From contig CAURZF010000002.1 of NCBI GenBank assembly GCA_963529335.1, positions 38,339-102,338 on the forward strand: DNA of 64,000 nucleotides, written 5' to 3'. The translations under genes were made by a program, and so were the position numbers. Numbering within the stretch: the first letter of the stretch is position 1; each line of letters starts with the position of its first letter. The notes below the pieces were generated by a model. It was not told the DNA's origin. It was given only the letters and a program-made list of their open reading frames with translations, and did not search any database. Below, in pieces: positions 34,321 to 44,087 of this stretch. The stretch comes from an uncultured Candidatus Saccharibacteria bacterium. Lineage in GTDB: Bacteria > Patescibacteriota > Saccharimonadia > Saccharimonadales > Saccharimonadaceae.

Positions 34321-34698
34321 CTACTGTGTTTCGCGGTCAAAACCGCGTTTGAACCGCGCTAGTATATCGCGCCGGCCGACGTGAGCTAACAAATTTTGCT
34401 TGTACTTGCGAAGTTGCCCGGCTAGCTTGCGCTCGACTATATCAGTTGCCGCCATAACATTCATTGTCGAATCTTTAGCTTTAATTACCTGATCCGGCAC
34501 GTTGATGATCACTTCGACTTCATATTTGTTGCCGTTGTCGCGATTTACTTCCTCGATTTTCACCGAAGCACTCATAGTTTTGCGAGCATGCCGCGTCACT
34601 AAGCGATCTAATCTGCCAATCTTCTTGCTAATATATTTTTTCGTCGGTTCATCCAAAACGTAACCGCCTACGCCAGTTATATCAATATCTGCAATCAC
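34321..34698 (-). CDS. hpf: Ribosome hibernation promoting factor (short HPF/RaiA type)
   Basis: It follows the S30AE/sigma-54 modulation protein pattern (YISKKIGRLDRL ... VEVIINVPDQVIKAKDSTMNVMAATDIVERKLAGQLRKYK). GTG start. Confidence 0.88.
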   Translation of the reverse strand: MIADIDITGVGGYVLDEPTKKYISKKIGRLDRLVTRHARKTMSASVKIEEVNRDNGNKYEVEVIINVPDQVIKAKDSTMNVMAATDIVERKLAGQLRKYKQNLLAHVGRRDILARFKRGFDRETQ

Positions 34699-34743
34699 TT
34701 TGACCCCTTTCGTTAAACCGATAATGTATTTTAATTATAGCAT

Positions 34744-35874
34744 TTAGCCGCGGTGAGCGCTACCAATCGCCTCGGCAATATTCTGGAAGCCATCACGGTC
34801 AAGCAGCTCGACCAGACCCTCGTTAATTTCGCCGACAACCTGCGGCCCCTCAAACATTAGCGCCGTCACCATAGCCACCAGGCTCGCACCAGCACAAATC
34901 TTCTCGTAAGCATCCTCGGCAGTAAACACGCCGCCGACACCGATAATCACAAAACGATCGCGGTATTTGGCATAAGTTTTGAAAATTAAGCCAGTAGTAA
35001 GCTCCCGCGCCGGCTGGCCGCTGAGATTTCCCCTGATCTCGTTATCCAGCAATTTTGAATTACGCAGCGCCGAGCGGTCCTTGACTAGATTGCCAATCGT
35101 TAAACCAGCAATCTCATGCCGATCAATTACTGCTAGCAGCTTCATAAATTCCGGCCACTTTTTATCTGTCGGCATCTTAACGAAAATTGGCCGCGTTAAA
35201 CGCAAGTCATCTACCGCCGTCAATAATTTATCCAGCCGTGCTGGCGTCGTAAACGGCTCGCCGCCATAAGTATTCGGACAGCTAATATTGATTTCGTACA
35301 ACGGCGCGCAACCAGCTGCCTCTAGCTGGCGCAAACTTTGGCAATAGTCGGCAATCGCTTCGATATCGCTAACATTTTCGGGGTTATTGGTTTTAGCAAC
35401 TGACACACTCAACGGGAAATCGCGCCACAGGCGCCGCGGATACCGCTTAATCCGTTGTATATTGCGAGCGACTCCGTTATTTGCCAAGCCGACGTTAACT
35501 ACAATCGATTTCTCGCTCGGTAAGCGGCGAAACCACGGCCGCGGATTACCAGCACAAACCTGTGCAGTAGTCGAACCGCCAATTTCGAAACCTAAGCCAA
35601 TCCGTTTAGCTATTGGCGGCAAGTCGAAGTTCTTGTCCAGCCCAGCTGACATTCCTAGCGGATTCTTGAATTTTAGGCCTAAAATCTCCTGCTCGAGCCG
35701 CGAATTTCGATAATTCCACACCCGCAAAATATTCTCGCCGCGCACTCGGTGCAGTGCTCGCGCCGCTTTGATCATACCCTCATGCGCTTTGTCTGGGTGT
35801 TGTCGAAAAAGCAACGGTTTAGCAAGTTTCTGGTAGCCGCTGCGCGAAACTTGGCGCACCACTCGCTTCATCAC
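34744..35874 (-). CDS. pyrD: Dihydroorotate dehydrogenase (class 2-like)
   Basis: PyrD blocks: FKNPLGMSAGLDKN, EINISCPNT, and GVGGVFTAEDAYEKICAGASLVAMVTALMFEGP. It overlaps serS by 4 nt. Confidence 0.82.
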   Translation of the reverse strand: MMKRVVRQVSRSGYQKLAKPLLFRQHPDKAHEGMIKAARALHRVRGENILRVWNYRNSRLEQEILGLKFKNPLGMSAGLDKNFDLPPIAKRIGLGFEIGGSTTAQVCAGNPRPWFRRLPSEKSIVVNVGLANNGVARNIQRIKRYPRRLWRDFPLSVSVAKTNNPENVSDIEAIADYCQSLRQLEAAGCAPLYEINISCPNTYGGEPFTTPARLDKLLTAVDDLRLTRPIFVKMPTDKKWPEFMKLLAVIDRHEIAGLTIGNLVKDRSALRNSKLLDNEIRGNLSGQPARELTTGLIFKTYAKYRDRFVIIGVGGVFTAEDAYEKICAGASLVAMVTALMFEGPQVVGEINEGLVELLDRDGFQNIAEAIGSAHRG

Positions 35875-37118
35875 AATTCCTCGCGATTACCTAGATACGG
35901 CCGCAGTACCTCTGGTACGCGCAGTTTACCGTCATCGGTCTGGTAATTCTCAATGATTGCTACTAGCGAGCGCGCCAAGCTCACCGCTGTACCGTTAAGC
36001 GTGTGAAGTACCTGCAGCGAGCCATCGCTGCGGCGCACGCGAATATTGAGATTACGCGCCTGAAAATCAGTACAATTCGAGCAGCTAGTCAACTCGCGAT
36101 ACTGGTTATCGACTGGCGACCAGTACTCGATATCATATTTTTTGGATGCTGGCGCACCGAGGTCGCCAGCCGCGATATTCACCACATGGTACGGCACGCC
36201 TAAGTTTTGCCAAATTTCTTCCTCGATCGACAAGATTTTTTCGTGCATTTGGACTGATTGTTCTGGCGTACAAAAGATGTACATTTCCAGCTTATTGAAC
36301 TGGTGCACGCGGAACAGTCCGCGGCTGAATTTACCAGCTGCACCCGCTTCTTTACGATAGCAAGGGCTGTAGCCAGCATAGAGTAGCGGCAAATCTTTCT
36401 CGTCGATGATTTCGTCAGCATGAAAGCCAGTCAGCGGCGCCTCGGCCGTACCAATTAGCATGACGTCTTCGCCGTCGATGAAATACTCATTACTTTCCTT
36501 GTCGCTCTTCGGAGCAAAACCGGAACCGCGCGCCACTCGGCCCGATACCATATGCGGCACTGTCATCGGCGTAAATCCTTTAGAAATCAACAGATTCAGC
36601 GCATACTGATAGATCGCGTTCTCTAGCAGCATCAAATCGCCCTTGATGTAGTAGAATTTCGTGCCAGCCACCTTGGCGCCGCGTTCAAAGTCAAGCCAAT
36701 CGCGGCCAGCTGCAAAAGCTAAATGATCCTCAGCAGACTGGCGTTTATCGCCCCACTCTTTAACTTCCACGCTGTCCTTTTCACCGCCAAGCGGCACGTC
36801 ATCAAGCGTTATATTAGGCACTGCGTCCATTTGCGCTTGAAAATCAGCGTCAACATCATGCAATTCGCTTTCTAATTCTGCTAGCTTTCCCTTCAGCGAC
36901 CGGCCTTTTTCGACTAATTCTGGCGCTGGTTTACCGCCCTTCATCTGGCCAGCGATTTCGTTCCGCCGCGTTCGCAGTTCATCGACCTGCAGCCGCAGCT
37001 GCCGGCGTTTCTCATCGACATCTAGCAAACGAGCAATTGACACGTCATCGTAACCTTTATTTTTTGCCGATTCCTGCACGCGATCGGCATGTTCTCGAAT
37101 ATAGCGAATATCTAGCAT
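35871..37118 (-). CDS. serS: Serine--tRNA ligase
   Basis: N-terminal coiled-coil arm (MLDIRYIREH...) and class II motifs (FRVHQFNKLEM; GTAVSLARSLVAIIENYQ). TATACT lies 6 nt before the ATG. Confidence 0.95.
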   Translation of the reverse strand: MLDIRYIREHADRVQESAKNKGYDDVSIARLLDVDEKRRQLRLQVDELRTRRNEIAGQMKGGKPAPELVEKGRSLKGKLAELESELHDVDADFQAQMDAVPNITLDDVPLGGEKDSVEVKEWGDKRQSAEDHLAFAAGRDWLDFERGAKVAGTKFYYIKGDLMLLENAIYQYALNLLISKGFTPMTVPHMVSGRVARGSGFAPKSDKESNEYFIDGEDVMLIGTAEAPLTGFHADEIIDEKDLPLLYAGYSPCYRKEAGAAGKFSRGLFRVHQFNKLEMYIFCTPEQSVQMHEKILSIEEEIWQNLGVPYHVVNIAAGDLGAPASKKYDIEYWSPVDNQYRELTSCSNCTDFQARNLNIRVRRSDGSLQVLHTLNGTAVSLARSLVAIIENYQTDDGKLRVPEVLRPYLGNREEL

Positions 37119-37197
37119 AATATTAGTATATCATCTAGCGGTACCGTACGCCACACAGACCGCCCAGCGTATCCGCAAAGAACTATTTTATTATAAG

Positions 37198-38565
37198 TTA
37201 TTCTGTTCGCAGCGCCTCAATCGGGTCAAGTTTCGCCGCCTTGCGGCTCGGCAACCAACCAGCTACAATTGCCACCAACATCAGAGACAACACTACAACA
37301 ACAGCGTCTAGCGGCTGGAAAATCAGCAAATCGTGCTTGCCTAGACCCAATGCTTTAGAAATCGCTGGGTTCGCTAGCGTACCGACACCCCAAGCACCTA
37401 GCACGCCGATCATACCGCCCAAAAAGCCAACCCAAGCTGCTTCGTAGCGGAACAACCGCCCAATATCACGTTTTGACGCGCCCAAAGCTTTCATCAGACC
37501 AATTTGCTGCGTCCGCTCGAGCACCGAAATATACATAGTGTTAATAATCCCGAACACACTCACCACCAAAGCCAAAATACCAAAACCCATCACAATAGTT
37601 TGCAAAATATTTACGAAAGTAAAAATCATACTCTGTACATCTTTCGAAGTCATCGACGAATAGCCAGCGTCCTTCAAACTATCGCGAACTTCCTCGGGAG
37701 TTTTACCGCCCGTGGCTGTCGCATTGGCAAAAATATACTTTTGATAAGCATCAGTTCCAGCAGTACTGAAATCCGTTAATTCCTTAGCATCGCTCGAATC
37801 GATATACAGATTTGGCCGGCTAGCCATCTGGTCTGGCGATTTCTTGACAACCGCTACAATTTTGAATTGCTTATTTAGCGTCTTACCGCCAAGAAGCTCT
37901 TTGACACCCTCTTCGCCCTTCTCAATATACGCCTTTTGAATCGTCTCAGTGTCAGTCTGCTGCGGCTGTTGGTTAACTGTAATTGTTAGCGTCGAGCCAA
38001 CCATTTCTGATGCTGTTTTGCCCAGTTTCTCAGTGTAGCTCTCTGGTATAATCGCCTCGCCTGGTGTCAGCTTTGTTCCCGACTTAATCTCGCGTCCAGC
38101 CGCAGGCTCCAACTGCAAAGTATTATCGCGCATCATAACTTGGGCCACGTATTTCTTATCGCTCTTCACGCTAAATACTACATATTTTGGCCGCAGCTGA
38201 TAGTTCGGCTCAACATTTTTAAGATCTTTGCGCTGGCGCAATTTTTCAATATCACTCTGAGTAAGCGTGTCATACTCTTGGCCATAATACGACGCTGCAT
38301 TAGGATTATATTCAGTTAATTCGCTTCTACCGCCTACCGCTGATCCAGCAGTAGTAACCCGCTTGTCCTTAGAAATAATTAGGCCGTTCGGATCAATATT
38401 ACTGCTGATTATCCGATCAACGTACTGCCTAGCACCCTCACCAACCATCAGGCTAGCCATAATCGCGAAGCCGCCCACCGCAATAGCTACACTTGTTAAG
38501 ATTGTCCGCATTTTGGCGCGGCGCAAATTACGGCCGGCTCTAGTAACGATATCAGTAGTTTTCAT
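37198..38565 (-). CDS. ABC transporter permease (MacB/FtsX-like, large periplasmic loop)
   Basis: It has an N-terminal TM helix, a loop of about 270 aa, and a C-terminal FtsX-type 3-TM bundle (QQIGLMKALGASKRDI). Confidence 0.85.
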   Translation of the reverse strand: MKTTDIVTRAGRNLRRAKMRTILTSVAIAVGGFAIMASLMVGEGARQYVDRIISSNIDPNGLIISKDKRVTTAGSAVGGRSELTEYNPNAASYYGQEYDTLTQSDIEKLRQRKDLKNVEPNYQLRPKYVVFSVKSDKKYVAQVMMRDNTLQLEPAAGREIKSGTKLTPGEAIIPESYTEKLGKTASEMVGSTLTITVNQQPQQTDTETIQKAYIEKGEEGVKELLGGKTLNKQFKIVAVVKKSPDQMASRPNLYIDSSDAKELTDFSTAGTDAYQKYIFANATATGGKTPEEVRDSLKDAGYSSMTSKDVQSMIFTFVNILQTIVMGFGILALVVSVFGIINTMYISVLERTQQIGLMKALGASKRDIGRLFRYEAAWVGFLGGMIGVLGAWGVGTLANPAISKALGLGKHDLLIFQPLDAVVVVLSLMLVAIVAGWLPSRKAAKLDPIEALRTE

Positions 38566-39332
38566 TATTTTTCCTCCTCTGTAAATTTGCCGGTCGACTT
38601 ATTTTTAGCAGCGGGTTTCTCTACTTTCTTGCTACGAGTTCTAGCAGCCGATTTCTTGACAGCAGAGTCCGATTCAATCTTGCCGTCTTTGATATGAATC
38701 ACCCGCTGGCATTTTTGTGCTAAGTCTTCATCGTGGGTCACGATAATTAGCGTAGCGTTGTTTTCTTTACAATAATTAAACAACAAATCCTCAATCACTT
38801 TTGAAGTTGCCGAGTCAAGATTACCAGTCGGCTCATCAGCAAATAAGATTTGCGGCCGACCGACAATCGCCCGAGCAATCGCCAAACGCTGTTTTTGCCC
38901 GCCTGAAAGGTCTTTGGCGCGCGACTTGATCTTGTCACCCAAATCAACCGCTTCCAGAGCTTCAATAATCCGTTTCTTGCGGCCGATCCTCGCCACGCCC
39001 GCCGTCTCTAACGCCAAACTGACATTATCGTAACAGCTCTCGCCGCCCTCAACGAAGAAACTCTGGAAGATAAAACCCATCTTCTGCGCCCGAAACCTAT
39101 CGGTAGCCCGCGGCTTCAACCGCAAAATGTCCTCGCCGTCAATTAGCACCTTGCCCTTTTGCGGCTTGTCTAGCCCGGAAATCGCATGCATCAGCGTCGA
39201 TTTACCGCTGCCAGATTTACCCAGAATTGCCACGCTCGAACCCTCTTCGATATTCAGGCTAACTCTATCCAGCGCCGTAAAAGCATTTTTCTTTTTACCG
39301 TATATTTTAGTAATATTTTTGACTTCAATCAT
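38565..39332 (-). CDS. ABC transporter ATP-binding protein (MacB/LolD-like)
   Basis: Walker [10 protein letters not shown], signature LSGGQKQR, Walker [12 protein letters not shown]. Confidence 0.95.
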   Translation of the reverse strand: MIEVKNITKIYGKKKNAFTALDRVSLNIEEGSSVAILGKSGSGKSTLMHAISGLDKPQKGKVLIDGEDILRLKPRATDRFRAQKMGFIFQSFFVEGGESCYDNVSLALETAGVARIGRKKRIIEALEAVDLGDKIKSRAKDLSGGQKQRLAIARAIVGRPQILFADEPTGNLDSATSKVIEDLLFNYCKENNATLIIVTHDEDLAQKCQRVIHIKDGKIESDSAVKKSAARTRSKKVEKPAAKNKSTGKFTEEEK

Positions 39333-39345
39333 TCAGCCCTCCTGC

Positions 39346-40182
39346 TTATATTGCCGTTATCGCGCCAGTCATTAGTAATAACATAATTATCACGCCCAAA
39401 CCGATGCGGTACCGGATAAACAACGAAAAGTCATTGCGGGCGACAAATTTCAACAGCCAAGCAATCGACCAATAGCCAACCGCAAAAGCCACCGCTGTCG
39501 CCAAAATTGTTGGTACCCAGCCGACGCCGCCGCCAATGTACTTGTAAGCGGTCATCGCCTCTAGCAAACCTGCCGCCACCAAGGCTGGAATACCCAGGAA
39601 GAAGCTTAATTTCGTCACCGTTACCCGATCAAAACCGCGGAATAGGCCCACCGAAATCGTCGCCCCTGAGCGCGACACGCCTGGAATCAGCGCCAAGCAC
39701 TGGCCCAAGCCAATCGCCAGCGTATCCCGCCAAGTCGTCTGCCGCTCGCCTCGCCGCACAGCGCTGCATTTGTCGGCCAGCCACATCACCAGGCTCCAAC
39801 CAATCAGCGCAAAGGCCACAAACCATAAACTGCGCAACACTGTCTCGACCTCATTTTTGAGAGCATAACCGATAGCCGCAATCGGCAGCGATCCAATAAT
39901 AATCGCCCAGCCATATTTGTAATCAAACTGCCGCCGCGCCCGTTTCCACCACAAACCGCGCCACCAAGCACTCAATACCCGCCAAATATCATCTCGGAAA
40001 TAAATTATCGCTGCAGCGATAGCGCCAATCTGAATAATAGCCGTAAAAGCCGTCAAACTCGGGTCGTTGATCCGCATACCCATCAACTTCTCGACAATCG
40101 TCAAATGTCCGGTCGACGACACTGGCAAAAACTCGGTCACTCCCTCGACGATACCCAATATGATAGCCTGCCACCATTCCAT
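39346..40182 (-). CDS. uppP: Undecaprenyl-diphosphate phosphatase
   Basis: BacA/UppP motifs: GIVEGVTEFLPVSSTGH and PGVSRSGATI. Confidence 0.92.
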   Translation of the reverse strand: MEWWQAIILGIVEGVTEFLPVSSTGHLTIVEKLMGMRINDPSLTAFTAIIQIGAIAAAIIYFRDDIWRVLSAWWRGLWWKRARRQFDYKYGWAIIIGSLPIAAIGYALKNEVETVLRSLWFVAFALIGWSLVMWLADKCSAVRRGERQTTWRDTLAIGLGQCLALIPGVSRSGATISVGLFRGFDRVTVTKLSFFLGIPALVAAGLLEAMTAYKYIGGGVGWVPTILATAVAFAVGYWSIAWLLKFVARNDFSLFIRYRIGLGVIIMLLLMTGAITAI

Positions 40183-40326
40183 AATATTTAATAGTATAGC
40201 ATTTGCAGCCGTCTCGGCAAAAATCTCAGCTATTTTTGCCTATTTTACGCTAAAAATATTGACATAAGCGTGATTTTTTGCTATAAGTTATATAGAAAGT
40301 CAGACAAAAATAAAAAGGAATAAAAA

Positions 40327-41658
40327 ATGCGGCGAGAAGGAATGCCAAGAGCAACAGGTACGGCTGGACACGAAGGTCCTGGACGGTCACCAACACAAGA
40401 AGAGATAGACGAGGTCATAGCCCAGGCAGAGGGGTTCAACAGAGAAGCTGCCGAGTCTGAGCAATCACCCACGCAAGGAGAATTCGATAGCGTCGTGGCT
40501 GAGGCGGAACAAATTACTGCAGAAGCCGCCGCCGAGTACGAAGGCGTCGAGCCTGGCCAAGAAAGCGCCGAGGATGCTGCCGAAGTGCAGGCTAACGAGA
40601 CTCTGCGTACCGATGCTGAAGTTCTAGGCAATCGCTATCTTGTTAGTCAAACGATAAAAGGTGCTGGCAATACACTACAGTGGGGCAAGGAAAGAATTGC
40701 AGCGGGCTGGAATAATGCTAAGGAGCAACCAGGCCTGCTTAAAGACAAATTTATGCATGGCTTAGCCAAGAGTTCGTATGACCGGCGCAAAGCAAAGCTC
40801 GACGACGTTGCTCATCTCAGCGACAACCACCCGCTTAAAAAATTCCGCATGAGAAAGCTTCAAAAAGCTGAAGCTCGCCTGAACAAACGCAAAGCAAATC
40901 TCGAAAGACGGCAGAATCGGATGAGCGGACGCCTAGAAACCGTCAAAAACGCCTACGAAGCGCGCCGCGAGGCCACTATTGCCGAACTCTCAAAACGTCG
41001 AGATGAGGCTCTTGCTCGCAAAGAAACTCGTAGAAAATTACGCGAACAAGGCGCGGGCTGGCTTGAGGCTCGTAAAGCTGCCAAAGAGCACGTCAACTCT
41101 ATACCAGAAAATCAACGCCGCCGCATCGCTAGCGCCCTTCTGAACGCCGTCGAAGCCAACAAAAACTCACAAGAGGCTAGCTGGCAAGCACGATACGCTG
41201 AGCGAGCTTCTGCTGACGCGCAAAATCGAGTTGAAATGCTTGGCCAAGAGCTTGGCCAGACCAGGGTTGATCTAGAAAATACGCGCCAGCAGGCTGGAGA
41301 GATAGCCGACATGGAGGCGAACCTCGCCACAGTCAAAGAAAATGTCGCTAAACTTCGAGAAAAAGCCGAATCGTTGTCTGACGATAACGCCAATAAATTC
41401 GCAGCCATGAACGAACTTGTCAAAGCAGAAAATCAGCAGGCAGAGATGGAGCAAACAATCGTCAACCATCACCAGCGCTTAGCCGATCTGCAAAGACAAG
41501 AGGGACGACTAGCACAGGAGTTGATTCAAGCTCAAGCTAATGTTGAAAGCACTGGAAAAGAGCTCGAGGACAGAGCGCGAGCAGAAGCCGCTGCAAAAAA
41601 GAAAGCCGAAGCAACCCAGACAGCTAGGAACCAGAGCATCGAAAATACCTTTGTCTAA
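40327..41658 (+). CDS. Hypothetical coiled-coil protein with duplicated acidic N-terminal motif
   Basis: 443 aa. It has two copies of SPTQ(E/G)E(I/F)D.V(I/V)A(Q/E)AE within the first 70 aa, followed by about 300 aa rich in basic and heptad-like segments. Promoter TTGACA, 17 nt, TATAAG and an AAGGA SD lie upstream. Confidence 0.7.
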   Translation: MRREGMPRATGTAGHEGPGRSPTQEEIDEVIAQAEGFNREAAESEQSPTQGEFDSVVAEAEQITAEAAAEYEGVEPGQESAEDAAEVQANETLRTDAEVLGNRYLVSQTIKGAGNTLQWGKERIAAGWNNAKEQPGLLKDKFMHGLAKSSYDRRKAKLDDVAHLSDNHPLKKFRMRKLQKAEARLNKRKANLERRQNRMSGRLETVKNAYEARREATIAELSKRRDEALARKETRRKLREQGAGWLEARKAAKEHVNSIPENQRRRIASALLNAVEANKNSQEASWQARYAERASADAQNRVEMLGQELGQTRVDLENTRQQAGEIADMEANLATVKENVAKLREKAESLSDDNANKFAAMNELVKAENQQAEMEQTIVNHHQRLADLQRQEGRLAQELIQAQANVESTGKELEDRARAEAAAKKKAEATQTARNQSIENTFV

Positions 41659-41687
41659 GTTAAAACAGAAAAAGAAAGGATAACATC

Positions 41688-41984
41688 ATGCCAATTTTAA
41701 GCCGTAGTCTCCTCGCAGATTTAGGAATCAATCTATCAGACGAAGATTTCCAATCGCTTGCCGACCATTTTGAATCGACGCTAGAAGAACGCGTCATCAA
41801 CGAAATCGTCCTCGAGCTATCACCAGAGCAAGCCGAAGAACTATCACACATGCAAGAAGCCAGTGACGACCAAATCGTCGATTGGGTACGCGCCAATGTA
41901 CCAGACTTTGCAGATATTGTGTCTGATGAAATCGATATCTTGCTCGGCGAGCTAGCTGAGGATAGCGAGAAAATGGCCGCCTAA
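41688..41984 (+). CDS. Small acidic hypothetical protein (possibly DUF5663-like)
   Basis: 98-aa ORF 29 nt after the coiled-coil gene, with an AAAGGA SD. The family call is from memory only. Confidence 0.65.
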   Translation: MPILSRSLLADLGINLSDEDFQSLADHFESTLEERVINEIVLELSPEQAEELSHMQEASDDQIVDWVRANVPDFADIVSDEIDILLGELAEDSEKMAA

Positions 41985-42017
41985 GCCAAGATACCGATAG
42001 CCTCGACAGCTCAAAAG

Positions 42018-43520
42018 CTATAACTTCACTTCTGGATAAATTGCCCGCGTCGTCTCGTCAATCTCGCTTCTTAGCTGCGGGAATGGCACGCCCTCGCGGG
42101 CAGTTACACCTTCAAAAATCCAAAATACCCGCTCAGAATAACCCCAGCCGCAAGCTGGCGGCATACCGTACTCCAGCATCTCCACAAAGTCGATATCCAG
42201 CATCATTGCCTCGTCATCGCCGGCATCGCGCATCCGCTGCTGCTCAACAAAGCGATTCAACTGATCAATCGGGTCATTCAGCTCGGAAAAGCCGTTCCCC
42301 AGCTCCGACCCAGCGATAATCGGTTGGAAACGCTCCACCGTCTGTGGATTGTCGGGGTTGGCCTTAGACAGTGGACTGATGAACTTCGGCGTATTCACCA
42401 ACCACACCGGCCCCGCCACATCTTTACGAATATTCTTCCATAATTTATCGATACTGCGCGGAATGGAATCTGTCTTCTCCACTTCCAAGCCATGTTCTTT
42501 CAACTTGGCAGCTACCTCTTCAATCGTTGTATTATACACATCAATTCCATAGTGCTTGTTGATCACCTCGGCATAATCCCAGACTTCCCACTTGCCGCTC
42601 ATATCCACCGTAAACCGGCCCAGCTGGAACTGCAGCGTGCCAAACGTTTCCTGCAATACATATTTATACATCGCCTCCATAAAGCGCATACCAGCTCGCC
42701 AATCCCAGTACGCAGCGTACCACTCCATGGCGATATGCTCTGGCAAATGCTCATCGGAATAATTCTCATTGCGAAAACGCGGCCCGAGGTCATAAACTTT
42801 CTCAAACCCAGCGCCAACCAATCGCTTCAACGGCAACTCGTGAGAAATGCGTAGGTAAAACTGCTGGTCGTCCAGTGCGTCCATATGCGTCACAAATGGA
42901 TTAGCGTCAGCGCCGCCGGTGGTGTGTTCCAACACCGGCACATTCACCTCGGTAAAGCCGTGACTGTTCAGATAATCACGCGTCGCCTGCCAAAACTTAC
43001 TGCGTCGAACAAACCGCTGACGTACCTCTGGATTGACATTCATATCGACATAGCGGCGACGGAAACGCTCTTCTTTGTTCTCTAGTTTTTCGGGCATCGG
43101 CCTGAGTGACTTAGTTAGCAACCGTAGCTCATGCACGCCAACCGACCTTTCGCCAGTCTGCGTCGTCATCATCACCCCGCGCGCCTCGGCAAAGTCGCCC
43201 GTATCAAGAAGCTTCAGCTGCTTCATACCCAACACGCCGCGGCTAGCGTCCAATTCCGCCACATCATCACGCTGCAAATATAGCTGCACCTCACCGCTCC
43301 CGTCGCGCAGTTTGATGAACGCCAGCTTACCAAAACTGCGGATTGAAGTGATGCGACCTGCCACAACCACTTCCCGGCCCGCCAGTTCATCATACCGCGC
43401 TAAAACCTCACCGCAACCATGCGTCCGCTCCGACCGCGCTGGATACGGATCAACGCCTAGTTCACGCAGGGTTTCTAATTTTCGTAACCGTTCATTTCGA
43501 TAATCTTGTAGTGTCGCCAT
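42018..43520 (-). CDS. lysS: Lysine--tRNA ligase (class II)
   Basis: N-terminal OB fold (VVVAGRITSIRSFGKLAFIKLRDGSGEVQLY) and class II core (YDLGPRFRNE; GWGYSERV). TGCTATAAT lies 8 nt before the ATG. Confidence 0.95.
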   Translation of the reverse strand: MATLQDYRNERLRKLETLRELGVDPYPARSERTHGCGEVLARYDELAGREVVVAGRITSIRSFGKLAFIKLRDGSGEVQLYLQRDDVAELDASRGVLGMKQLKLLDTGDFAEARGVMMTTQTGERSVGVHELRLLTKSLRPMPEKLENKEERFRRRYVDMNVNPEVRQRFVRRSKFWQATRDYLNSHGFTEVNVPVLEHTTGGADANPFVTHMDALDDQQFYLRISHELPLKRLVGAGFEKVYDLGPRFRNENYSDEHLPEHIAMEWYAAYWDWRAGMRFMEAMYKYVLQETFGTLQFQLGRFTVDMSGKWEVWDYAEVINKHYGIDVYNTTIEEVAAKLKEHGLEVEKTDSIPRSIDKLWKNIRKDVAGPVWLVNTPKFISPLSKANPDNPQTVERFQPIIAGSELGNGFSELNDPIDQLNRFVEQQRMRDAGDDEAMMLDIDFVEMLEYGMPPACGWGYSERVFWIFEGVTAREGVPFPQLRSEIDETTRAIYPEVKL

Positions 43521-43551
43521 AATTATTTATTATAGCACCCCCTGTTAGTAG

Positions 43552-44007
43552 CTACGAAATTGCTTTGATTACGTAAACGGTTTCGCCTTTAGGCGTGTTA
43601 ATAGCGGCAGTATCACCTACTACCTTATCAATTAGCGCCACGCCCAGCGGCGATTCATCGCTAATTTTGCCATTCAGCGGATCGGCTTCAACTGGACCAA
43701 CAACCGTATATTCAAATATTTTACCGCCAGATTCAAGCGTCACTCGACTACCCAAACTAACTTTATGAGTGGTGCCGCCCTTGATATCCTCGGCGTTCTG
43801 CAAAATATCCTCAATCTCGGCAATACGCGTCTCGACTAGGCCTTGCTCTTCGCGCGCCTGATCATACTCAGCATTCTCGCTCAGATCGCCATAACCGCGC
43901 GCTTCAGCGATTTTCTCGGCAATCTCGCCGCGGCGACCCTTCAAGGCAGCTAGCTCTTCTTCAAGCTCTTTTCTTCCATCCTCGGTGATCTGATATGCTT
44001 TTTTCAT
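43552..44007 (-). CDS. greA: Transcription elongation factor GreA
   Basis: Coiled-coil N-terminus with GDLSENAEYDQAREEQ and a C-terminal FKBP-like domain (DESPLGVALIDKVVGD). An AAAGGAG SD is present. Confidence 0.95.
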   Translation of the reverse strand: MKKAYQITEDGRKELEEELAALKGRRGEIAEKIAEARGYGDLSENAEYDQAREEQGLVETRIAEIEDILQNAEDIKGGTTHKVSLGSRVTLESGGKIFEYTVVGPVEADPLNGKISDESPLGVALIDKVVGDTAAINTPKGETVYVIKAIS

Positions 44008-44087
44008 GAGTTTTACTCCTTTCGTTATACCGCCCGAAACTTTCTCTGTCTAGAGAAACCCCAGCCCTCCAATACAAAATACTCAGA

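Noticed and set aside
40216-40240. Hairpin GGCAAAAAT-ctcagct-ATTTTTGCC in the uppP / coiled-coil divergent region
   Set aside because: It looks like a terminator, but no gene reads into it from either side. It is an AT-rich 9-bp stem of modest stability. I have no basis for assigning a function.
40281-40631. 116-aa minus-strand ORF overlapping the start of the coiled-coil gene
   Set aside because: Its sequence is low-complexity Ser/Ala-rich. It would start inside the plus-strand gene and end in the promoter region. The plus-strand gene has a promoter and SD, and this ORF does not.
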